A stretch of 64,000 bases of DNA from an uncultured virus (IMG/VR IMGVR_UViG_3300030333_004509) (lineage: Duplodnaviria; Heunggongvirae; Uroviricota; Caudoviricetes). The notes under the pieces were generated by a model. That model worked only from the letters and a program-made list of their open reading frames with translations, had not been told where the DNA came from and made no database searches. The stretch covers positions 1-64,000 of the IMG/VR virus record IMGVR_UViG_3300030333_004509. One strand, written 5' to 3'. Numbering within the stretch: position 1 is the first letter of the stretch; every line of letters starts with the position of its first letter. Below, one piece after another: positions 49,089 through 57,534 of the stretch. Made by a program: the position numbers and the translations under genes.

Positions 49089-49733
49089 ATGACTACTATC
49101 ATGATCCCCGGTTCAGATTTTGAGGGCATCGGAGCTCTCAATGCAGCGCCACCCGACGCAGGCGTCTACGAAGTGAGCATCACTAAGCTCGAGCGTCATC
49201 CCAGCGACAAGCCTGGTGTTCGTCGTGTCCACGTCTTGTTCCCTAACGGGTTCACGATGTTTACCTTTGTGCACTTCGCACATGAGCAGGATTCCAGCGG
49301 CAACTTCGTCCGCATCCCTAACCTGCCCGACAACAAGTTCATTGGCCGCATGAAAGCGATCAAGACGATCCTCTACTCGCTGGGTTACGCCGACGAGCAG
49401 ATCCAGAGTGGTGACATCCACGATGGTTGGTTCATTACAGCCCAGTCTAACAACAAGGGCTTCGTGGACTTTACTCCCGGTCAGCGTGGAGTGCAGGGCA
49501 GCTACAGCAACGTCAACAGCTGGCTGACCAAAGCTCAATACGAGAGCCGGAAGAGCCAGCCTGCTGCAGCTCAGACCAAGGCAAGCCCCGCGGCTGTCAA
49601 GGTGGGCGCGGCTCCTCTGCCCGCAGCCAAGCAGACCATGTCTGCTCCGGCCCCGACCAATGGTGCTGGCGCACCGTCTGTCGGCGCGGCTCTGCCCCCG
49701 CCACCTTCAGTGGCGCAGGGAATCGTGAGCTGA
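49089..49733 (+). CDS. Putative single-stranded DNA-binding protein (DUF669-like OB fold)
   Basis: 'P.AG.YEV.I' start, 'Y.NV..W' end, A/P-rich tail; follows the Sak4-like gene. Confidence 0.6.
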   Translation: MTTIMIPGSDFEGIGALNAAPPDAGVYEVSITKLERHPSDKPGVRRVHVLFPNGFTMFTFVHFAHEQDSSGNFVRIPNLPDNKFIGRMKAIKTILYSLGYADEQIQSGDIHDGWFITAQSNNKGFVDFTPGQRGVQGSYSNVNSWLTKAQYESRKSQPAAAQTKASPAAVKVGAAPLPAAKQTMSAPAPTNGAGAPSVGAALPPPPSVAQGIVS

Positions 49734-49737
49734 GTGA

Positions 49738-49843
49738 TAGACCGTGGCCGGGGGGAGGTTTACCTCTCTTTTCTCCTCCCTCCCGCCATCATTACCGCAC
49801 AGGGAGGCACAGCGGTGGTTGCATCAGGTGTCTCATCCTTTTT
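49738..49843 (+). ncRNA. Structured RNA motif copy 1 (three-way junction plus pseudoknot)
   Basis: P1 GACC/GGUU, variable P2, P3 ACCGC/GCGGU, loop GAGGCAC pairs with GUGUCUC, U-tract. Confidence 0.7.
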
Positions 49844-49919
49844 AGACCGAGGGTACTTCATGCCCTTCGAGCCGAGCAGGGAGGCATGTCGGTGGTCGCA
49901 TAGATGTCTCACTCTTTTT
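49843..49919 (+). ncRNA. Structured RNA motif copy 2
   Basis: P1 GACC/GGUC, P2 GAGGGUA/UGCCCUU, P3 GCCGA/UCGGU, pseudoknot GAGGCAU/AUGUCUC, U-tract. Confidence 0.7.
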
Positions 49920-49941
49920 CTCCAACCCTCAAGTCGGAGAC

Positions 49942-50033
49942 TAGGCCAGACGGAGGTTTTTTCTAGGTCCTCCGAATCGTAACCCGGACAGGGAGGCACA
50001 CCGGGGGCTGTACCAGGTGTCTCATTTTTCTTT
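49942..50033 (+). ncRNA. Structured RNA motif copy 3
   Basis: P1 GGCC/GGCU, P2 CGGAGG/CCUCCG, P3 CCCGG/CCGGG, pseudoknot GAGGCAC/GUGUCUC, U-tract. Confidence 0.7.
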
Positions 50034-50054
50034 ACAACCCTTTAGGGGGAGCAG

Positions 50055-52787
50055 TTGTCACAGTCTCTATCACAGTGCAAAACTCAGCAAGGTGACGCCC
50101 AATGTGATAGCTGCCCGCTCAGGAACGGGGGGCCACTTTCGGAGGGAGAGTGGAAACCGGTGGGACCTGAGCTACACCAAAGAGCGACCGTAATTGCAAT
50201 TGCAGAGTCGCCCGGTCCCGAGGAGGTCGAGAGAGGCCGACCCCTTGTGGGCCGCTCTGGTGGTGAGTGGAACGATGCCCTGCGTGCTGCGGGCAAGACT
50301 CGCCCCGAAGTGGACCTAACCCACGTAATCCTCTGCCGCCCACCAGGACAGTCTTCTGGTGCCTGGGGTCGGATGGAGAAGAAGTTAGACAAGCTAAACA
50401 AGAAGCGAGAGAAAGACGGGCTGGACCCGCTGCCTCACCCGGCAGAGTGCTGTCGCCCTCGACTACTCGCTGAAGTATCAAAGTACGATCACATCATCAC
50501 GCTGGGTAAGACCGCCACTCGAGCTCTGACCGGCTCATCAGGATCCATCCAGGCTATGCGCGGTGGACCACTGTGGGTCGACGAAGACTGGCAGATCACG
50601 ACAGACGATGACGCCAAGCTACGCCGAGTCATGCCGACTCTGCACCCCTCGTTTGTACTGCGCTCACCCAGCTGGCGTAACGTCTTGCACTCTGACATCG
50701 GTAAGGCTTTCCGTTGGTTCGGCGGGGCACTACGCTGGACTGAACCCGACATCCTATGGCGACCTTCACCCGAAGAGCTTGAGGAGTGGCTTAGTCAACC
50801 AGCTCCTTTCTGGGCTTATGACGTGGAGACTGACGGTATCAACGCGCTCGAGTGCGGGTTGCGCACCTTGGCTATCGCCATCCCTGACATGGACGACCAA
50901 GGTCGAGTGGCTGACCCCACCATGGGTCGACAGGTCCACACGAACGCCAGGTCTGTAGGGTTGACATTCATGACTGTGAGTGGGGTCGCATGGTTCGACA
51001 CCGAGGAAGGCGCAGAGATCAAGGAGATCCTTCGACGGGCTTTCACTGATGGGCGTCCCTGGGTCGGACACAATGCCGGGTTCTTCGATCGACTGGTGAT
51101 CGAGAACCACTTTGGTGTGACGCCATACCCCCTCATCGACACGCTCTTCCCCGCACGTTTCCGTGCACCTGACCTGCCCAAAGGTCTCAAGACTGTGGGT
51201 TCGGTACTCACCGACGTAGAGCGCTGGGAGAGTACAGAGAAGGGAACGAAGATCGCGACAGGCAGTGAAGACGACGATGAGCTGTTGCGTTACAACATCA
51301 TTGACGCTGTAGTGAACGCACGTATCGTTCCTCCGCTTATCGTAGCTACTGAGAAAGCAGGCGCATTCCGCCCATGTAACCCAGCGTTTCGTCCATCAGG
51401 TTGGCCCAGCCATAGACCCTGGGATCTCAACGAAGTGGATCACGCCACGCAGGAGATGTGTGTTGAGCTCCACAGGAACGGTATCTGGGTCGACCAGGCT
51501 AAGCGGCTAAGTCTCGAGGCAGAGTATGAGATCAGCGTTCAGCAACGACATAAACGGCTTAATGGTTTTATCGATGGAGTCCCCATCAATCCCGGTAGTG
51601 CTGATCAAATACGCGATCTACTGTATCGTCGTTGGGGCCTGGGCATACCACCTCAGATGGAAGCGAGAGACTTCTACACCGAGACTGGTGCCCCTGGAAC
51701 AGGTGACGCTGTTCTCCGAGGACACTTAGCCAGCGGAAACTTGACGGCACAACAGGAAGAGTTCATACGTGAGCTGAGGTTGTACCGTAGAGAAAAGAAC
51801 AAGATCTTAGGTACGGTGTTGATCCCGATGCGTCGACGAGACATCGACCTCAAGAAAGGCTTGGTCTGGGAAGACGGGCGTGTCCGCAGTAACTGGAACG
51901 CTCACGTCACCAGCGTAGGTAGGCTGTCCAGTAGTGGACCCAACCTCCAGAACATCGGTAACCGAAAGGGGCAGGGCAGGCTGAAGAGTATCTTCGCAGC
52001 ACCACCTGGACGTGCTTACATCGGGGCTGACCTAGACCAGGCTCACCTGCGGATCACAGCCAACTACTGGCAGATACCACGTCTACTCGAGTGCTTCGCG
52101 GAGAAGAAAGACCCGCACAACCTGCTGGCCTATGACGTATTCGGCTCGAAGTTTAAGAACGCTGATGGGTGGGGACCGGAAGGATTCAGCCTCAAGCGTA
52201 AGCCTACAAGCGGCTCAGCTAAAGCGATGCGTGATGTGATGAAGACGTTCCGCTATGCCTCGATCTACTGGGCAGATCCCATGACCGTCTGGCAGGTGCT
52301 CACCTCAACGGAGACAAACGACGGCAAGATGCCGTACCTCAAGTTCGAGACTCGAGAGGTACGCCACTTCCATCGCAAGTGGTTGGAGGCTGAGCCTGAG
52401 TGGATGGATGCGTGGAACCGCATGCTCACGATCTACCGATACCAGAACTATATGGAGGAGCCTGTGCTGGGTAGGCGCAGCGGCGGGCTGAGTGACGGCA
52501 AGAAGAACGAGGTTGTTAACTTCCCGATCCTCGCCGCGGAGAGCTCGCTCATGCGACTGGCTGAGCAGGCTGTCATCGAAGCATTCCCGTTCCAGTTTGA
52601 CGGGCCCGGCACTGGCATGATTCACCAGTGTCACGACAGTATCTGTGTCGAGGTCCCTGATGCAGGAGAAGAGCAGCTCGAGGAATGGCGCTGCATCGTA
52701 GAAGAATGCATGACAATCAAGGTGCCTGGCTGGGAGGTCGACCTGACTTCTGAGGCGGACATCGGACGAACACTAAAGGATGTGTAA
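50055..52787 (+). CDS. polA: Family A DNA polymerase with N-terminal family-4 uracil-DNA glycosylase-like domain and 3'-5' exonuclease
   Basis: UDG: C..C, ESPG..E, CRPP, LG..A, HPS; Exo: DVET, HNA.FD, Y...D; Pol: GRLSS..PNLQN, D..Q..LR, R...K...Y...Y, HD. Confidence 0.92.
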   Translation: MSQSLSQCKTQQGDAQCDSCPLRNGGPLSEGEWKPVGPELHQRATVIAIAESPGPEEVERGRPLVGRSGGEWNDALRAAGKTRPEVDLTHVILCRPPGQSSGAWGRMEKKLDKLNKKREKDGLDPLPHPAECCRPRLLAEVSKYDHIITLGKTATRALTGSSGSIQAMRGGPLWVDEDWQITTDDDAKLRRVMPTLHPSFVLRSPSWRNVLHSDIGKAFRWFGGALRWTEPDILWRPSPEELEEWLSQPAPFWAYDVETDGINALECGLRTLAIAIPDMDDQGRVADPTMGRQVHTNARSVGLTFMTVSGVAWFDTEEGAEIKEILRRAFTDGRPWVGHNAGFFDRLVIENHFGVTPYPLIDTLFPARFRAPDLPKGLKTVGSVLTDVERWESTEKGTKIATGSEDDDELLRYNIIDAVVNARIVPPLIVATEKAGAFRPCNPAFRPSGWPSHRPWDLNEVDHATQEMCVELHRNGIWVDQAKRLSLEAEYEISVQQRHKRLNGFIDGVPINPGSADQIRDLLYRRWGLGIPPQMEARDFYTETGAPGTGDAVLRGHLASGNLTAQQEEFIRELRLYRREKNKILGTVLIPMRRRDIDLKKGLVWEDGRVRSNWNAHVTSVGRLSSSGPNLQNIGNRKGQGRLKSIFAAPPGRAYIGADLDQAHLRITANYWQIPRLLECFAEKKDPHNLLAYDVFGSKFKNADGWGPEGFSLKRKPTSGSAKAMRDVMKTFRYASIYWADPMTVWQVLTSTETNDGKMPYLKFETREVRHFHRKWLEAEPEWMDAWNRMLTIYRYQNYMEEPVLGRRSGGLSDGKKNEVVNFPILAAESSLMRLAEQAVIEAFPFQFDGPGTGMIHQCHDSICVEVPDAGEEQLEEWRCIVEECMTIKVPGWEVDLTSEADIGRTLKDV

Positions 52788-53239
52788 TGAGTACTGCAAG
52801 ATGGTTCCTGGCGCATGACAAGTCGGTTGAGGAAGATCTCATCAACATGTGGGCCAAAGAACTAAAAGAACTGTTGGCTTCCCCCGGCTTTGAAGTCGAA
52901 GTAACTTCAGGTCGAGATGACTACATCGCTCGATCTGCAGCCTTGGGTGGCTGGGCTCGTTGGTGCGGTGATGTCCCGCACGGTCGACGCTACGATGGTG
53001 ATCCCATGTTCCATGGTGTAGTCGTACCCGTCAGTCCTGGTGACATGAAGCCGCTGGTCGGCAAGGCTACCTGTCAGATCGTCGCTGGCTTTATCAGCGA
53101 GATGAAGCACGCCTACACCTGGTGCCCCGCATCTGGTGAGTTTCAACGCATCGAAGATGTTCAAACGACTGACATGGACGACTGGCGTGGCTGGGCTCAA
53201 CTAATACTTGAGGTTGACGCCTCGTCACAATGTGAATAG
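52787..53239 (+). CDS. Hypothetical protein
   Basis: 150 aa; TAATG coupling to the polymerase. Confidence 0.75.
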   Translation: MSTARWFLAHDKSVEEDLINMWAKELKELLASPGFEVEVTSGRDDYIARSAALGGWARWCGDVPHGRRYDGDPMFHGVVVPVSPGDMKPLVGKATCQIVAGFISEMKHAYTWCPASGEFQRIEDVQTTDMDDWRGWAQLILEVDASSQCE

Positions 53240-53242
53240 TCT
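53214..53242 (+). promoter_or_regulatory. Sigma70-like promoter
   Basis: TTGACG-17bp-TAGTCT. Confidence 0.55.
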
Positions 53243-53271
53243 ACCAGTATCCTAAACTCAAGGAGGGATGA

Positions 53272-55026
53272 ATGTCTAAGACACCTTCGCCTGATCCCTA
53301 TGTCAGGCTCATAGAGAGCAACGTAAAGAGTCCCACGGGGGACTTCTGGAAGCTAGAGCTCAGTCCTCGAACGCTGCTCGTTGGCTCAAACACATCACAT
53401 AAGAGCGCGGTTCTGCAGTCAGTAGAGCTGGCATTGACGGGTGCTGCCGATGATATTGTCGGTCGATCTGCTGTCAAGGATGCGGGCTTGCTCATGACTC
53501 TGTCCCCAAGCGACACGCTTGAGACTACAGCTTGTTTCTCGGATGGGTCAGAAGCTTTCTTCCGCGTCAAGAGTGACGGCAAGAAAGTCAGCAAGCCAGA
53601 GCACGCTCACGATCTCGATACCAAGCAGAGCCTACTGCTGCGTCAGGTTCGCTCAGTGCTTGCCTCAGGCACAGATACCTCTCGCCGCGCGTTTCTCCGG
53701 TGGGTAGGTAGAAACCTACAGGAAGAAGACATCCTGGCTTTCGTACCGACAAACCTGCACTCTAAGTATCGCGACTGGGCTGAGCATATCCGCGGAGATG
53801 ACCAGGTAGACACGCTTCTTAAGATCTACGATTACGCAGCCAAGAAGCAGAGAGACTTGGGTCGACAGGCACAGGCGGCTCGCGCTGTGGTGCAGAGTCT
53901 CAGTGAAGATGTTGAGCTGGGTGACAGTGCTCAAGTCGGACATCTTAAAGAGAAGATCAGCAATCACATCTCGTTGATGGCTCACGCCTACACGGGCAGT
54001 CACCTGCCGGAAGGATGGAAGCACGTCGATGTATCTAAGCAGGCAGTGAACTTTGCGATTGAACAGGACCTCGAGTCGTGTCCTCTGTGCGGCAGCAACG
54101 TAGGCAACGAGCACTTTCACCGAGTCCTGGATTACTACCTCAAGGCTTGCGAAGACGTGGATCGAACTGATCAAGCAGCTTACTTGTTTGAGAAGAATAC
54201 GGAGCTTCAAGAGATGCTCAACCAGCTGGCTGATCTGTCGAATAAGCAGGGGCAGCGTAGCTCAATGATGGACACGCAGGCCAAGGTGATCGAGCTTACG
54301 CAAGAAGCTGAGAACTACAAGCTCTACAAGTCACAGCTGTCTGACACTGTACTTCAGCTACTTCGCTCTTCTTTTGTCCAAGACTTCTGTCTGCAAGTTA
54401 GCGAGTACCTACCAAAGAACTGGCGCTTCTCAGTCAGGCTCAACGAGGGTGACCGCCAGGTGTTCCGGGTAGGTCTGTATGACTCCGAGTCTGGGCGTGT
54501 GCGCTGCGCTTTGTCCGGTGCTGAGTGGGCTACAGTCACATCAGCGCTGGCTATGTGCGTGGCCGATGGACTGCCGGAGACTACACCTCGAGTGATTATT
54601 CCTGAGGATCGAGCTTGGGATAAGAAGACCTTGGCGGCTGTTATGCGGAGCTTTAACTCCTTCGATGGTCAGGTCCTGATGGCGAGCACCATCCGACCGC
54701 AGGGTCGCACTCCCAAGGGCTGGACCATTATCGACATGGACCAGTGGCTGGAGGAAGAGATCGAAGGCTCAGCTGAGGCTGCGGATGAGCAAGCAGAGCT
54801 TAGCTCATGTCCCGTAGACACTGAACCTGAGCGACCAGTCTCGAGCAAGGGAGCGAAGATCCTTACCGGTCTTGGCTACGACAAGGAGCAGATCACGCAC
54901 ATGAACGTGTCGACTGCTGCGGCTATCATCAAGCAAGGTTTGTTGGCTGAGTACACTCACATCAGCTCAGACGGCGGTTATGAGTTCACTCAGAGCAGCA
55001 AGCTGATTAAGTTGCCAGAACAATGA
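53272..55026 (+). CDS. Rad50/SbcC-like ABC ATPase with short coiled coil
   Basis: LLVGSNTSHKS Walker A-like, central CPLCG hook, LSGAE signature. Confidence 0.75.
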   Translation: MSKTPSPDPYVRLIESNVKSPTGDFWKLELSPRTLLVGSNTSHKSAVLQSVELALTGAADDIVGRSAVKDAGLLMTLSPSDTLETTACFSDGSEAFFRVKSDGKKVSKPEHAHDLDTKQSLLLRQVRSVLASGTDTSRRAFLRWVGRNLQEEDILAFVPTNLHSKYRDWAEHIRGDDQVDTLLKIYDYAAKKQRDLGRQAQAARAVVQSLSEDVELGDSAQVGHLKEKISNHISLMAHAYTGSHLPEGWKHVDVSKQAVNFAIEQDLESCPLCGSNVGNEHFHRVLDYYLKACEDVDRTDQAAYLFEKNTELQEMLNQLADLSNKQGQRSSMMDTQAKVIELTQEAENYKLYKSQLSDTVLQLLRSSFVQDFCLQVSEYLPKNWRFSVRLNEGDRQVFRVGLYDSESGRVRCALSGAEWATVTSALAMCVADGLPETTPRVIIPEDRAWDKKTLAAVMRSFNSFDGQVLMASTIRPQGRTPKGWTIIDMDQWLEEEIEGSAEAADEQAELSSCPVDTEPERPVSSKGAKILTGLGYDKEQITHMNVSTAAAIIKQGLLAEYTHISSDGGYEFTQSSKLIKLPEQ

Positions 55027-55256
55027 AATGCCCTGTCTGCAATCAGAAGACTGTCGTTTGCACCACTCGTACAAGCGACAGTCCGCGAGGTTACAAGGCG
55101 GCTCGTCTTGTAAAAGAGTCGGTGTCTTGGTACACCAGTGATTGGGTTGCTCGCATACGATCCTGCTCCAACTGCGGTTGGAGTGGGCCAACAGTCGAGC
55201 TTCCACTCGAGGATTTGAAGGGTGGTTGGAAACATGCCTACCCGCACAAACCTTGA
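55023..55256 (+). CDS. NrdR-N-like zinc-ribbon protein
   Basis: MKCP.C...T.V..TR...R.R.C..CG; no ATP cone. Confidence 0.7.
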   Translation: MKCPVCNQKTVVCTTRTSDSPRGYKAARLVKESVSWYTSDWVARIRSCSNCGWSGPTVELPLEDLKGGWKHAYPHKP

Positions 55257-55282
55257 CAGCATGGTCCGCGACTCGATAGATT
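55253..55282 (+). promoter_or_regulatory. Sigma70-like promoter
   Basis: TTGACA-18bp-TAGATT. Confidence 0.5.
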
Positions 55283-55443
55283 GATCGAACCCACCAGACT
55301 GCGCGGTCTGGTTCCTGTAACAAGGATTGGGTTTAGGGTTGCGTCATCCGTTTGAGCTCGGGCGGGTGGCGCATTTCCTTGTCCCTCAGCGCACTTCTTT
55401 GATCCCCCCCTAACGGTACACTTCATGATCCCCGGAGTCCCTC

Positions 55444-57534
55444 ATGCCAGATACGGCGCAAGCCGATGGAGCTCAAGCTGAAAACCCTGAACCCATCTCA
55501 GCAATCGAAGCCCTTGAGAATCTACTAACTGCCGCGAGAGAACAGAACGCTGAAGCTCGCGACTCTGCCTGGTCCCAGATCCAGGACCCTGATGTAATGG
55601 ATGAGCTAGCTCGAGAGTGGCGCACATCCAGCGATCGGATCACCGCACTGATCTCAGCGCTTGAAACAACAAGAGGTCAGGCTCGTCGAGCCCGGACACT
55701 GCGTAACGCAATCAGGCGACTGGCTGAAGAGCGTGCTCGCCAGATGGCTGAGCAGTGGCTCAATGAACTACAAGAGGACATGACCAGGCTACCTACCCTG
55801 GCCGAGGCGCTGAGCCTGGGCGGGCCGCCCGCGGGCGTAGTGGATCCCCTGGTCCTGGCGAACCTGCATGTACCTCGAGGATTCCAGATCGAAGTCTCGG
55901 GAGTCTACCGATTGACTCCTGGGATGGACGGTGACATGCAGCGCACAAAGATCTGTTCCGCTCCGATGTTTATCTCAGGCCGGACCATCGATGTCCTTAC
56001 CGGAGAAGCGAAACGTCAGGTTGTGTGGCGGGGGCCCAGTGGTTGGTGCTGCCGTGTCGTAGACAGGAGAACGATCCTTGACGGCTCACGCATCATGTCC
56101 CTTGCGGATCTCGAGGCCCCGGTAAACTCAATCACAAGCGGACAGGTTATCACTTACCTGGCAGAGTTCGAGTCCGAGAACAGTCACCGCTTCCCGGCAA
56201 TCCGCTCAGCTTCGCGCATGGGCTGGCTCCCGGACGGCTCCTTTATCCTGCCGGACGTTCACTACACGCCGGACGATGAGCCCACCAGGTTCGCCTTGAC
56301 CGCACCTCCCGGACTCGAGCAGCTATCCAAGGGTTGGGGCTCGGCAGGCACCTGGAACGAGTGGTGCAACGGTGTGCGCCAGATCTGTGAGTTCCCGCAC
56401 ATGATGATCTCCATCTATGCCGCGGCAGCTGCCCCGATCCTTACTGTCCTGCGCCTTCCCGGATTCGTCGTAGACTTCAGCGGCGAGACCAGCGGAGGTA
56501 AAACCACAGCTCTTCGTATGGCTGCGTCTGTGTGGGGTCGGCCCGCAGACAGTTATCCTACGGCGATGTATAGCTGGGACGCCACCAAGGTCTGGATCGA
56601 GCGCACCACCGGCTACCTCCACAACCTGCCCTTGATTCTCGATGAGACCAAGCGCGTGCGTCATCCCCGGATGATTCGAGATGTGATCTATGACTTCTGC
56701 CAGGGGCAGGGTCGAGGCCGCGGATCGGTCGACGGCACCAGGTCCATGGCATCCTGGCGCTCTGTCCTGATCAGCTCCGGCGAAGGTGCAGCCACCAGCT
56801 TCAGCCAAGATGCCGGAACTCGAGCTCGAGTCCTTAGCCTCAAAGGTAAGCCGTTGGGTAACAACGCAGAGGAAGGCGGCAAGATCAGCGAGAACATACA
56901 GGTGATTCTTTCGGATAACTACGGACACCTGGGCCGGAGGCTCGCTCATTACCTGGTCGCTAACACCGCAAACCATGACCAGATTCGGCAGGTCTTCAAG
57001 GAAGCTCGGGACCGGTACTCGAACATTGCACAGACTGCGGTAGCTCGTAGACACGCAGCTCACCTGGCTGTTCTCGAAGTAACCGCACAGATCGTTCATC
57101 AGCTTGACGTGCCTCGTCCGCTCGAGGATCCCTTCGCTCGACTGATCGAGGCCGCGGCGGACGCAGGCATCGACGCCGACCGACCGTTCGCTGCGATGCA
57201 GGACATCGTGAGCTGGTGCGCAGCCAATCGCACACGGTTCTGGGGCCGACATGAGAGCACCTCCTTTGGCCCACGCACACCCGGAAACGGTTGGGCTGGG
57301 GCCTGGTCAGACGAGGAGGGCTGGGAGTTCATCGCGATAACCACACTAACGCTTCGTCAGATTCTGGATGAGCTGGGCCACCATCCTGACGAGGTGATCA
57401 CCCGGTGGGACGAGAGAGGCTGGCTCTTCAGGGGACGAGGGCGAAACCGAACCAAGGTCGTGCGCGTGGATGGCTCCCCGATCCGCTGCTACTGCATCGA
57501 CCGGAGAGCTGCTGACCTGGCGCTGGATGACTGA
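55444..57534 (+). CDS. DUF927 / Cch-SaPI-Rep-type replicative helicase
   Basis: R.GW, G.W..W, GETSGGKTT, LPLILDE, G.GR.R, SSGE, NYGH.G motifs. Confidence 0.85.
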   Translation: MPDTAQADGAQAENPEPISAIEALENLLTAAREQNAEARDSAWSQIQDPDVMDELAREWRTSSDRITALISALETTRGQARRARTLRNAIRRLAEERARQMAEQWLNELQEDMTRLPTLAEALSLGGPPAGVVDPLVLANLHVPRGFQIEVSGVYRLTPGMDGDMQRTKICSAPMFISGRTIDVLTGEAKRQVVWRGPSGWCCRVVDRRTILDGSRIMSLADLEAPVNSITSGQVITYLAEFESENSHRFPAIRSASRMGWLPDGSFILPDVHYTPDDEPTRFALTAPPGLEQLSKGWGSAGTWNEWCNGVRQICEFPHMMISIYAAAAAPILTVLRLPGFVVDFSGETSGGKTTALRMAASVWGRPADSYPTAMYSWDATKVWIERTTGYLHNLPLILDETKRVRHPRMIRDVIYDFCQGQGRGRGSVDGTRSMASWRSVLISSGEGAATSFSQDAGTRARVLSLKGKPLGNNAEEGGKISENIQVILSDNYGHLGRRLAHYLVANTANHDQIRQVFKEARDRYSNIAQTAVARRHAAHLAVLEVTAQIVHQLDVPRPLEDPFARLIEAAADAGIDADRPFAAMQDIVSWCAANRTRFWGRHESTSFGPRTPGNGWAGAWSDEEGWEFIAITTLTLRQILDELGHHPDEVITRWDERGWLFRGRGRNRTKVVRVDGSPIRCYCIDRRAADLALDD

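Noticed and set aside
49734..49999. ORFs 49734..49982 (+) and 49760..49999 (-)
   Set aside because: No protein-like features; they span the structured repeats and U-tracts.
49738..50033. Mini-CRISPR array next to a Cas4-like gene
   Set aside because: Repeats are degenerate with internal covariation, spacing is irregular and the intervening parts are hairpins; the nuclease fits the usual phage exonuclease-Sak4-SSB module.
49738..50033. Known riboswitch or ribozyme (ZTP, SAH, guanidine-III, HDV-like)
   Set aside because: Only superficial matches (CACAGGGAG, 3' CUCA, H-type knot); the diagnostic conserved nucleotides, as I recall them, are missing. An Rfam search is still needed.
55023..55256. 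Full NrdR repressor
   Set aside because: Only the zinc ribbon is present; there is no ATP cone, so no gene symbol is assigned.
56323..57252. 309-aa antisense ORF and similar shadow ORFs (e.g. 3351..4022, 10133..10756, 34666..35250)
   Set aside because: They lie opposite well-supported genes and are explained by codon bias; no motifs seen.
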